Positions 7,660-15,878 of a stretch of 26,489 nucleotides of DNA are shown piece after piece. The notes under the pieces are model-generated. The model was not told the origin of the DNA, did no database searches, and saw only the letters and a list, made by a program, of their open reading frames with translations. The DNA comes from Gemmatimonadaceae bacterium (GTDB lineage Bacteria; Gemmatimonadota; Gemmatimonadetes; Gemmatimonadales; Gemmatimonadaceae), in the NCBI GenBank assembly GCA_033763905.1, contig JANRJP010000059.1, positions 1 to 26,489 of the forward strand, read 5' to 3'. Position 1 is the first letter of the stretch; the number at the start of each line of letters is the position of its first letter. The translations under genes and the position numbers were made by a program.

Positions 7660-9207
7660 ATGACCGAACCTCGTGGTCCTCGTCGTGGACGCGGCACGCG
7701 TTCCCGTCGAGGCCAGAGCCCCGACGCCGGGGCGGACACCACCGCTGGCGAACCGAACCCGTACCGCGACGATGCGGGCGGATCTGCCGCCGCCCACGCC
7801 GAGTCCGCGCCGCCAGCGCCGGCTCCTACGGCGCCGCCACCGAGTGCGGTGAGCGATGCCCCCGCGGCGGACACGGCGCCCAGTGCGCCGCACGACGCCG
7901 GCAGCGCCCCCGACACCGGTGGTCGGAACGACGGCGGCCGCGAGTTCGGTCGACGCAACGGGCGACGGCGTGGCCGATTCCGCCGCGGTGACCGTGGCGA
8001 TCGCGGCGAGCGCGGGGAGCGGGGTGACCGTCCAGAACGCGGCGAACGCAACGGTGGCGATCAGAGCCCACCGTCCACGCCGCTAGTCGTAGAAGGGGAA
8101 ATCGCCGGCTGGTTCGATCCCGCACGGGACGCCGGCTTCGTACGGCGCCCGCAGTTCAGCTACCTCGCAGAGAATGGTGACCCCTTCGTCCCTGCGTACG
8201 TCGTTCGTCAGTTAGGCCTGCGTCGCGGTGACGCGCTGCTCGTGACCTGGGGACGCGATCCGCGCGGTCGGCCCGCCGTGGTCGAGGTCAAGGAAGTCAA
8301 CGGCGGTGATCCCGCCCTCGCGCTACGGCGCCCCGACTTCGCGTCGCTCACGGCGTCGTATCCCGAACGCAAACTCACGCTCGAAACCGGACGCCCCGCC
8401 AAGGGCGGTCCCGAGCTCACACGGCGCGCGATTGATCTCATTGCACCGATCGGCTTCGGCCAGCGCGCCCTGATCGTCGCGCCGGCTCGTGCCGGCAAGA
8501 CGATGCTCCTGCAGGCGATCGTCGAAGGCGTCGCCGTGAATCATCCCTCGGCGACGCTGCTCGTCCTCCTCGTCGACGAGCGACCGGAAGAAGTCAGCGA
8601 GATGGTCACCTGGGGCTACGGCGAAGTGGTCGCGTCGAGCTTCGATATGCCCGCCGTGCGTCATCGTGACGTCGTCGAAATGGTGCTTGAGCGTGCGAAG
8701 CGACTGTGCGAGCTCGGCAAGGACGTCGTGATCGTGCTTGACTCGATCACGCGTATGGCGCGGGCCTACAACGTCGTCGAACGCGGCACCGGCCGCACGC
8801 TGTCGGGCGGCCTGGATGCCACCGCAATGGCCAAGCCGAAGGCGTTCTTCGGTTCTGCCCGCGCGGTGTCGCCGCAGAATGGGGGCGGCTCGATCACGAT
8901 CATCTCCACCGCGCTGGTCGAAACCGGTTCGCGGATGGACGACGTGATCTTCGAAGAGTTCAAAGGCACCGGCAACTGCGAACTCAAGCTCGACCGATCG
9001 CTCGCCGAGAAGCGCATCTACCCTGCGATCGACGTCGCGGCGAGCGGTACGCGGCGCGAAGACAAGCTCTTCAAGCCCGACCAGCTCGAACACGTGCATA
9101 TGCTGCGACGCGGCTTGAGTCAGATGCCGCCGCAGGCGGCGCTGGAGTGGCTCATCAAGCGCATCGCCAACACGACGAACAACGACGCACTGCTCGAAGG
9201 TCTGTGA
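7660..9207 (+). CDS. rho: Transcription termination factor Rho with long low-complexity N-terminus (515 aa)
   Basis: [72 protein letters not shown] and SGTRRE. Confidence 0.96.
   Translation: MTEPRGPRRGRGTRSRRGQSPDAGADTTAGEPNPYRDDAGGSAAAHAESAPPAPAPTAPPPSAVSDAPAADTAPSAPHDAGSAPDTGGRNDGGREFGRRNGRRRGRFRRGDRGDRGERGERGDRPERGERNGGDQSPPSTPLVVEGEIAGWFDPARDAGFVRRPQFSYLAENGDPFVPAYVVRQLGLRRGDALLVTWGRDPRGRPAVVEVKEVNGGDPALALRRPDFASLTASYPERKLTLETGRPAKGGPELTRRAIDLIAPIGFGQRALIVAPARAGKTMLLQAIVEGVAVNHPSATLLVLLVDERPEEVSEMVTWGYGEVVASSFDMPAVRHRDVVEMVLERAKRLCELGKDVVIVLDSITRMARAYNVVERGTGRTLSGGLDATAMAKPKAFFGSARAVSPQNGGGSITIISTALVETGSRMDDVIFEEFKGTGNCELKLDRSLAEKRIYPAIDVAASGTRREDKLFKPDQLEHVHMLRRGLSQMPPQAALEWLIKRIANTTNNDALLEGL
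7984..8046 (+). repeat. In-frame 9-bp tandem repeat encoding RGD/RGE tripeptides in the Rho N-terminus
   Basis: Translates [21 protein letters not shown]. Confidence 0.8.
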
Positions 9208-9216
9208 CTGACGCCG

Positions 9217-9249
9217 CGGGGCAGCGATCCGATCCGGATCGCTGCCCCG
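9217..9249. terminator. GC-rich hairpin between convergent rho and dipeptidase genes
   Basis: CGGGGCAGCGATCCG-ATC-CGGATCGCTGCCCCG: perfect 15-bp inverted repeat, no U-tract. Confidence 0.7.
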
Positions 9250-9264
9250 TCGGCCTCTGGGCCG

Positions 9265-10650
9265 TCAGCGTCGCCCGCAAAACTCCAAGAAGGCCGCGCA
9301 GGCGCGCATCCCCTTCTCGATGTTCTCCACCGCGATCCACTCGTCGGGCGCGTGGGCGTTTTCGCCGGGCAGCCCGAAGCCCATCAGCACGACCGGCGCC
9401 CCGAGCAAGCGCTCGAAGTCTCCGACGACGGGAATCGAGCCGCCTTCGCCGGTGAAGACGGGCTCGCGGCCGAAGGCGGCACGCAGGGCCTTGGCGGCGG
9501 CATCGAACACCTCGCCCGACAACTCCGCCTTCCACGGTGCACCACCGTGCAAATGGCTCACGGTGACCGTGACACCCGGTGGCGCGTGCGCCGCGCAGTG
9601 CGCCGCCATCAGGCGTTCGATCTCGGCGGGTGTCTGGTCGGGCACCAGCCGACAGCTGACCTTGGCCATCGCCTTGGCAGGCAGCACCGTCTTGGCGCCC
9701 TCGCCGGTCCACCCGCTCAGCAGGCCGTTCACTTCGCAGGTGGGTCGCGCCCAGAGCCGCTCGAGGGTCGAGCGACCGGGCTCACCGCCCAAGGCGGGCG
9801 CGCCGACCCCCGCCCGGAAGGCCTCGTCGCTGAACGGCAGCGTGGCAAGGCCATCCCGCTCGCGTGGTCCCCATTCACGCACCGCATCGTAGAAGCCCTG
9901 AATGGCGATCCGGCCGTCCGCATCGTGCATCGTCGCGAGCAGCCGCGCGAGCGCCATCGCCGGATTCACCACCGCACCGCCGTACATCCCGGAGTGCAGG
10001 TCGCTCGCGGGCCCCTGCACGTTGATCTCGAAGTACGCGAGCCCACGCAGCGCAAAGAGAATGCTTGGCAACCCCGGCGCGAACATCGCGCTGTCGGAAA
10101 TGACCACCGCGTCGGCGCGGAGTCGCGCCGCGTGCTCGGCGATGAACGCCGCGAGATGCACCGACCCGACCTCCTCTTCGCCTTCGGCCAGAACGATCAC
10201 GTTCACGGGCAGCGTGCCGCGCACCGCGAGATGCGCTTCAATCGCCTTGATGTGCAGCCACAACTGCCCCTTGTCGTCGACCGCACCACGGGCGAACAGC
10301 TTGCCGTCGCGTTCCGTGGGCTCGAAGGCTGGCGACGTCCACAGCTCGAGCGGCTCGGCCGGCTGCACGTCGTAGTGGCCGTAGACGAGCACCGTCGGCG
10401 CATCGGGGCCTGCGTTCCGCCATTCGCCCAACACGATCGGATGCCCCGCGGTGGGAATCACCTCGGTCGGCACCCCGATACGGCGTAGCTCGCGCGCTAG
10501 CCAATCGGCGGCGTGCGCGACGTCGGCGCTGTGCTCGGACTTTGCGGAGACCGACGGAATGCGGAGAAACTCGTCGAGCCCAGCCCGGAGACGTGGCCCA
10601 TTGGCATCGAAGAAGGCGTCGAGATCGCGAGGAATGACGGCAGAAGGCAT
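9265..10650 (-). CDS. M20/M25/M40 family metallo-dipeptidase (461 aa)
   Basis: FLRIPSVS, YGHYDVQP, ARGAVDDKGQ, EGEEEVGS, DLHSG, GGSIP and NAHAPDE motifs; start MPSAVIPRD. Confidence 0.92.
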   Translation of the reverse strand: MPSAVIPRDLDAFFDANGPRLRAGLDEFLRIPSVSAKSEHSADVAHAADWLARELRRIGVPTEVIPTAGHPIVLGEWRNAGPDAPTVLVYGHYDVQPAEPLELWTSPAFEPTERDGKLFARGAVDDKGQLWLHIKAIEAHLAVRGTLPVNVIVLAEGEEEVGSVHLAAFIAEHAARLRADAVVISDSAMFAPGLPSILFALRGLAYFEINVQGPASDLHSGMYGGAVVNPAMALARLLATMHDADGRIAIQGFYDAVREWGPRERDGLATLPFSDEAFRAGVGAPALGGEPGRSTLERLWARPTCEVNGLLSGWTGEGAKTVLPAKAMAKVSCRLVPDQTPAEIERLMAAHCAAHAPPGVTVTVSHLHGGAPWKAELSGEVFDAAAKALRAAFGREPVFTGEGGSIPVVGDFERLLGAPVVLMGFGLPGENAHAPDEWIAVENIEKGMRACAAFLEFCGRR

Positions 10651-10672
10651 CGGAGGAGGTGTGACGATCGTG

Positions 10673-11059
10673 TCAGGTCGGAAGGGGACGGGCCAGTACG
10701 TAGCCGAGCGCTGCGAGCAGCACCGAGCCCACGGTGGTGGCCACGACATACAGCACCGCGCGCGTGAGCGCGCCGGACGACGCGAGCTGGACGGTGTCGA
10801 TCGCAAAGGTCGACATCGTGGTGAATCCTCCGCACAACCCGGCGGTCAACGCGGCCACGAGGGCGGGAGACGTCGTGCGAGACGGCAGCGCGCCGGTGAG
10901 CCAGCCGAGGAGCGCTGAGCCGGCGAGGTTCACGGCCAGCGTGCCCCAGGGAAAGGCCGAGGGTGCTGCCACCGCGAACCATCGACTGCAGGCGACGCGT
11001 AGCACGGTGCCAATCGCGCCGCCGCCCGCGACGGCCACCCACGTCGACCACGTGGGCAT
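10673..11059 (-). CDS. crcB: Fluoride efflux channel FluC/CrcB
   Basis: GGGAIGTVLR, FPWGTLAVNLAGS and GLCGGFTTMSTF; four hydrophobic segments; ATG overlaps the upstream TGA (TGATG). Confidence 0.9.
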   Translation of the reverse strand: MPTWSTWVAVAGGGAIGTVLRVACSRWFAVAAPSAFPWGTLAVNLAGSALLGWLTGALPSRTTSPALVAALTAGLCGGFTTMSTFAIDTVQLASSGALTRAVLYVVATTVGSVLLAALGYVLARPLPT

Positions 11060-12435
11060 CACGACGCGCTCCGGAGCACGCGTCGGCCGCGGAACCACGC
11101 GACGACGAGCGGACCGAAGTGGAAGAGCGCCCAGATCCAGCAGATCCAGCTCAGTCGCTGACTCGGCGAGAGCGTCGCGTTGAGCTCATAGAGCATCAGC
11201 GGCACGAGGACGAGCAACTGCGGTCCGGCCTGCAGTTCGGGCGTGCGCCGTTCCACGACGCGGGTCGCCAGCCGACGCTTCGTGCGCAGCGTCGCCTCGA
11301 TGGACGCCGCCAGCGATTCGGGCGACTGCCGGTGCCACCCGGGCAACCGCATCAGCGTCCACGCGGCGGCGGTGCTCCCCCAGCCGTGATGACTCGACGA
11401 CGACACGAGCGCGAGGTCGAGCGAGTCCGCGACGCGCACGAGGCGGTCGTGCTCGCGTAGCGCCTGCGCCAGACCGCGAGGATCGCCGTTGGCCATCTCG
11501 AGCGCAGTCACCGGCGGCGCCGCAGGATCCGCGGGCCCCGCGACCTGCGAGAGGTCGGAGGGCAGCTTGTGCACGAGCACCGGCGGGTGACCATCCGCAC
11601 GACGCACGGCGGGGCCGGCCAGTCGATCGCCGTCCACCACCCAGCCGGTATCCGCCGCCGACATCGACAGCATCGTGACCGGTTGCCCCTTGGCCCGCAG
11701 TTCGGCGCCGGGCAGGAGCACGACCCCGCGACCCGCCGTGGGCGGATTCTGCGCCATCGCCTCGCGCTGACGGCGGAAGAGCGAATCCCTCGTCTCGCCC
11801 GACAGGTGATCGGTGAGATACGCGGCGTGAAAGCCGGCGCGTTCGAGCCATCGCCGTTGCCACCACGGCGTGAAGCCCGACCGTCCATCGTGCGCCGGCG
11901 TGGTGTGGCCGTGCACGTCCAGCACCAGCACGTCGGGATCGAACACCACGAGCCGAGCCATCGGGCGAGGCACGAGCAGCGCGGTGGCGTACACCAGCAA
12001 CAGCCCGCCGATCGACGCGGCGGCGAGCAGCAGCTCGCGTCCCGTCCGCCAGCGCACGCCCCGCCGACGCACCCGCCACGTGCGCGCGACCGCGTGCGCG
12101 AGGATGACCGACCCGAGCACCGCCCAATGCTGCGGCAGGGTCAGGATGCTCAGGGTGTCGAGCAGGTCGAACCAGGGGGCGAACCAGATATGGACATCGG
12201 AATAGACGAGTCGCATCCCCACGACGGGGTCACGCGTCGCGGCATCGCGCAGCTCTCCGGGGGGCGTCCACGTGCCAGCCACCACCACGAGCGTCAGCAG
12301 AAACGGCCAGAGGATCCGGCGCGGATTGGGGCGCCAGCCAGCCGAAACGGTCGAGGAACCCGGCGCCGGGGTCCGGCGCGTTGCATCAGAGTCGGTCACG
12401 AAATCCGGTAAGCGGTCCTGCGCCGCGCCGTCCAC
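11059..12435 (-). CDS. Membrane protein with PHP-like metallophosphoesterase domain
   Basis: N- and C-terminal TM segments flank LDVHGHT..HDG, YLTDH, LPGAE and SSSSHHGWG motifs. Start may be the GTG at 12399. Confidence 0.7.
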   Translation of the reverse strand: MDGAAQDRLPDFVTDSDATRRTPAPGSSTVSAGWRPNPRRILWPFLLTLVVVAGTWTPPGELRDAATRDPVVGMRLVYSDVHIWFAPWFDLLDTLSILTLPQHWAVLGSVILAHAVARTWRVRRRGVRWRTGRELLLAAASIGGLLLVYATALLVPRPMARLVVFDPDVLVLDVHGHTTPAHDGRSGFTPWWQRRWLERAGFHAAYLTDHLSGETRDSLFRRQREAMAQNPPTAGRGVVLLPGAELRAKGQPVTMLSMSAADTGWVVDGDRLAGPAVRRADGHPPVLVHKLPSDLSQVAGPADPAAPPVTALEMANGDPRGLAQALREHDRLVRVADSLDLALVSSSSHHGWGSTAAAWTLMRLPGWHRQSPESLAASIEATLRTKRRLATRVVERRTPELQAGPQLLVLVPLMLYELNATLSPSQRLSWICWIWALFHFGPLVVAWFRGRRVLRSAS

Positions 12436-12526
12436 CCACGCGCGCGGACCATCCCATAAGTTGCCTCATTCCGATTCGCGACGCCAACCGTACGCGTTGC
12501 TTCACAGGTCAGACTCGCGCCAGCTG

Positions 12527-14392
12527 ATGCCTTCGATGACCCCCGAGTTGCCGTCATTCACCCGCGGCCTGTACGCCGGCGCGATTCACGATGCGCAGCT
12601 CCTGCCCTATCCGCCCACGCTCGACCGGCGCGACGCCGATGAGGCGCGCGTCGTCCGTCGCGTGATTCGCGAGCTCCGGGCACTCGTTGGTGACGTCATC
12701 GATCCGGCCGCGATGGACGAGGCGGAGGCGATTCCCGACGCGGTCATCGAGGCCTTCGGCCGAATCGGCATGCTCGGGTTGGGCATTCCCAAGGAGTACG
12801 GCGGCCTCGGCCTATCGAACACCGGCTACGCGAAGGTCTTCGGCGCGCTGGCGCCGATCGACGCCTCGCTGTCGGTGCTCGTCGGCGTCCACTGCGGCTT
12901 GGGTTCGAAGGCGTTGGTCCTCTTCGGCAACCGCGAACAGAAGGAGCAGTACCTCCCGAAGCTCGCGAACGGCTCGATGCTCGCGGCGTACGCGCTCACC
13001 GAACCCGAGACGGGATCCGATGCCCAGCACATCGTGTCGCGCGCCGAGCCGGATGGCCAGGGCGGCTGGATCCTCCACGGCCGCAAGATCTGGATCGGAC
13101 TTGGCGCACGGGCCGGCGTGATCACCACCTTCGCGCAGACGCCGGTCGAACGGCGCGGCACCACGGTGATGCGCCCGACGGCGTTCGTGCTGCATCCCGA
13201 TGATCCCGGTTTCCGCGTCGTGGGGACCTATCGCAAGCTGGGCATCCGCGCGTCGTCGCAGGCGGAACTGGCCTACGAAGGCCTTCGCGTCGGGCCCGAC
13301 CGGGTCTTGGGCGAGGTCGGGAAGGGATTCTCGGTCGCGGTCAACGTGTTGAACGGTGGTCGGCTCACGCTCGCGGCCGGGTGCACGAACGGCGCCAAGG
13401 CCCTGCTGGGGGAGTTCACGCGCTACGCCGACCAGCGGGTGCAATTCGGCAAGCCGCTCGCCGACTTTGAGATCACCCAGCGCAAGATGGCGTCGCTGGC
13501 CGGCGACATCTACGCTGGCGACGCGATGCTCGGACAGCTTGCAGCCGCGATGGACCGGCCGGGGGCGGACTGCGCGATCGAAGCGGCCATCTGCAAGGTC
13601 TTCGCTTCGGAACTCATCTGGCGCGCCGCCGACGAGCTGGTGCAGCTCGCGGGCGGCCGCGGCTACGTGAAGCCGCACCCGTATGAACGCTGGCTGCGCG
13701 ATGCCCGCATCAACCGGATCTTCGAAGGCGCCAACGAGATCCTGCGGCTGTTCATCGCGCTCAATGGCGTGCAGGGACCGGCGGAGAAGCTCGCCGAGCT
13801 CGGTAGCGCGATGCGCACGCCGCTCAAGTCCTGGGGCGTCGTCGCCGAGTTCGCGGCGGATCGTGTGAAGGGCATCTTCGGCGCGACCGAGCGCTTCGAC
13901 ACGCCGTTCCATCCGCGGCTGGCGGAGCACGTGAAGTTCTTCGAGAAGCACGTCGCCGAACTCAAGGCGGCGGTGATTGCCGCCGTGATGAAGCACCGCA
14001 AGCAGATCATCGAGCGGCAGTTCGTGCTCGAGCGGCTCGCCGAGATGGGCATTCAACTGTTCTCGACGGCGGCGGTGCTGTCCCGCACGCAGGCGCTCTT
14101 GGAGTCACAGGGCGAAGCAGGGACCGCCCGCGAACTGCAGCTCTGCGATCTCTACTGCGTCGAGGCGGGCCGACGGTTCCGCGCGGCACGTCTGGCACTC
14201 GACGCCCGCGAGGACGAGGTCGACGACCGTCGCCGCACGGTGGCGACGGCGCTCCGCGAAGCCAAGACCTGGTGGGTTCCCGACGCGTTGCTGCCCGACG
14301 ACGAGCCGATGCCCGAGCACCGCACCGACGCCGAGCGCGCCGATGGCGGCGCCTCGGTGCCGTTCCCGCAGCCGGCCGAGGCGACGCGGTAA
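12527..14392 (+). CDS. Acyl-CoA dehydrogenase, long (VLCAD/ACAD9-like) form
   Basis: IPKEYGGLG, AYALTEPETGSDA, KLGIRAS, RVQFGKPL, GGRGY and RDARINRIFEGANEI, plus a C-terminal extension. Start is 12527 or 12536. Confidence 0.92.
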   Translation: MPSMTPELPSFTRGLYAGAIHDAQLLPYPPTLDRRDADEARVVRRVIRELRALVGDVIDPAAMDEAEAIPDAVIEAFGRIGMLGLGIPKEYGGLGLSNTGYAKVFGALAPIDASLSVLVGVHCGLGSKALVLFGNREQKEQYLPKLANGSMLAAYALTEPETGSDAQHIVSRAEPDGQGGWILHGRKIWIGLGARAGVITTFAQTPVERRGTTVMRPTAFVLHPDDPGFRVVGTYRKLGIRASSQAELAYEGLRVGPDRVLGEVGKGFSVAVNVLNGGRLTLAAGCTNGAKALLGEFTRYADQRVQFGKPLADFEITQRKMASLAGDIYAGDAMLGQLAAAMDRPGADCAIEAAICKVFASELIWRAADELVQLAGGRGYVKPHPYERWLRDARINRIFEGANEILRLFIALNGVQGPAEKLAELGSAMRTPLKSWGVVAEFAADRVKGIFGATERFDTPFHPRLAEHVKFFEKHVAELKAAVIAAVMKHRKQIIERQFVLERLAEMGIQLFSTAAVLSRTQALLESQGEAGTARELQLCDLYCVEAGRRFRAARLALDAREDEVDDRRRTVATALREAKTWWVPDALLPDDEPMPEHRTDAERADGGASVPFPQPAEATR

Positions 14393-14398
14393 GGCCGG

Positions 14399-15058
14399 TC
14401 AGCCCTGCAGCAGGCCGAGCTTCAGCGCGAGCTTGACGTAGTCGGTGCGGTGGGTCAGCCCAAGCTTCTCGTTGACCCGCTGCTTGTACGTGTCGACGGT
14501 CTTCGGGCTGATGAAGAGCTTCTCGCCGATCTCGGGCGCGGTGTAACCCTCGGCGACCATCTTGAGCACCGCCTGCTCGCGGTCAGTGAGCTTCTCGAAT
14601 CGACCGCGCAACTCGGCGTGCTCGTCCTTCTTCGCGATGCCCCGAGCGAGCACGCGAGCCGCGCTCGGTTGCACGTAGGTGTCGCCGCGCGCCACGGCGC
14701 GCACGGCATCGACGAGCTCGCGATCGGCGGCACTCTTCACGAGGTACCCGTTGGCGCCCGCTTCGAGCGCCGGCATCAGGTATTCCTCTTCCCCGTGCAT
14801 CGTCAGCACGAGCACGCGGCCCGGTGCTTGTGCGCTCCGGAGATCGCGGATCGCGGTGAGGCCATCGACCTGGCCCATCGAAAGATCCATCACGATCACA
14901 TCGGGGTTGAGTCGCGCGGCCAGCGCCGCAATGTCGCGGCCATCGGACGCTTCGCCGACGACGTCGATGTCGCGGGCGGACCCCAGGACGGCCTTGAGGC
15001 CGGAACGGACGACGGCGTGGTCGTCCACCAACAACACGCGGATGAGATCTGAGGTCAT
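14399..15058 (-). CDS. NarL/FixJ-family response regulator (REC + LuxR HTH)
   Basis: LLVDDH, VMDLSM, LTMH and YLVK receiver motifs; LTDREQAVLKMVAEG...IGEKLFISPKTVDTY HTH. Confidence 0.95.
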   Translation of the reverse strand: MTSDLIRVLLVDDHAVVRSGLKAVLGSARDIDVVGEASDGRDIAALAARLNPDVIVMDLSMGQVDGLTAIRDLRSAQAPGRVLVLTMHGEEEYLMPALEAGANGYLVKSAADRELVDAVRAVARGDTYVQPSAARVLARGIAKKDEHAELRGRFEKLTDREQAVLKMVAEGYTAPEIGEKLFISPKTVDTYKQRVNEKLGLTHRTDYVKLALKLGLLQG

Positions 15059-15780
15059 TCGGTCGTGGAATCGAGCGGCACCGATGCGACGACACGCGTG
15101 CCGTCCCGGTGCGTGGCAATCTGGAGATCGCCACCGACGAGCGCCACCCGTTCGCGCATCGCGAACAAACCCATCCCCGGCCGCCGAGACTCCGCCTCGG
15201 CGACGTCGAACCCGCCGCCGTTGTCGGAGATCTCCAGACTGACCCCCCGCGCGAACTCGGCGAGCTGGATCGAGATCACCGTGGGCGTGCCGTGCCGCAA
15301 CGCATTCGCCACCGCTTCCTGCGCGACCCAGTAGAGGACCGAGCGCAGCGTGCGCGCCAAGCGCCCCGAGAGCGCCGCATCCCCTTCGGCCGTCACGGTC
15401 ACCGTCGCGGTACTGGCGGCCCGACCGAGCTGCCGCAGCGCCTCGAGCAGCCCCAAGTCGTCGAGACTGCGCGGGTACATCGTGTGCGAGAGAAGTCGGA
15501 CTTCCTCGAGGGTCTCCCGCGCCAGATCGCGGACGGACACGAGGCGCTCCTGCCGCGCGGCGTCGGGCTCGTGCGCCAGCAGGGCGCCGATCTGCATCAC
15601 GATCGCCGACAGATTCTGCGCCGTCGACTCGTGGAGCGCGTGCGCCACCCGCGACCGCTCCAGGTCCCCGGCGTCGATCACGTGGGCGACGAAGCGTCGC
15701 AGGTCCTCTGTCGACGGAGGCGAGCCCGCCGGACCGCGGGGTGACAGAGGAAGGATGCGTTGCACGGGGCTGACGGACAC
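15055..15780 (-). CDS. Sensor-less NarX/HisKA_3-type histidine kinase
   Basis: ERSRVAHALHES, PRSLDDLGL, QEAVANALRH, SDNGGGF and GMGLFAMRER; only about 35 aa precede the H-box; ATGA overlap with the regulator. Confidence 0.88.
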   Translation of the reverse strand: MSVSPVQRILPLSPRGPAGSPPSTEDLRRFVAHVIDAGDLERSRVAHALHESTAQNLSAIVMQIGALLAHEPDAARQERLVSVRDLARETLEEVRLLSHTMYPRSLDDLGLLEALRQLGRAASTATVTVTAEGDAALSGRLARTLRSVLYWVAQEAVANALRHGTPTVISIQLAEFARGVSLEISDNGGGFDVAEAESRRPGMGLFAMRERVALVGGDLQIATHRDGTRVVASVPLDSTTE

Positions 15781-15813
15781 CTCGGAATCCTCGCCGCGGG
15801 CACAGCCTCCGCC

Positions 15814-15876
15814 AGTCAGGGCGAACCTGTCAGACGTAAGGGATTACCGGACAGTCTTGTAGGGGATACCTTAGGT
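15814..15876. promoter_or_regulatory. Three tandem imperfect palindromes (approx. TGT[AC]AGG-N5-CCT[GT]ACA), probable NarL-family regulator boxes
   Basis: AGTCAGG-GCGAA-CCTGTCA (15814-15832), CGTAAGG-GATTA-CCGGACA (15835-15853) and TGTAGGG-GATAC-CTTAGGT (15858-15876). The last overlaps the -10-like TACCTT (15867-15872). Confidence 0.55.
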
Positions 15877-15878
15877 CC

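Noticed and set aside
7984..8046. Short tandem repeat as a possible CRISPR or VNTR
   Set aside because: It has a 9-bp period with synonymous variation, no spacers and no cas genes; it is a protein-level repeat inside rho.
12400..12530. Fluoride riboswitch upstream of the PHP-crcB unit
   Set aside because: No GGCGATGG...TTCGCC-like core was recognised on the minus strand.
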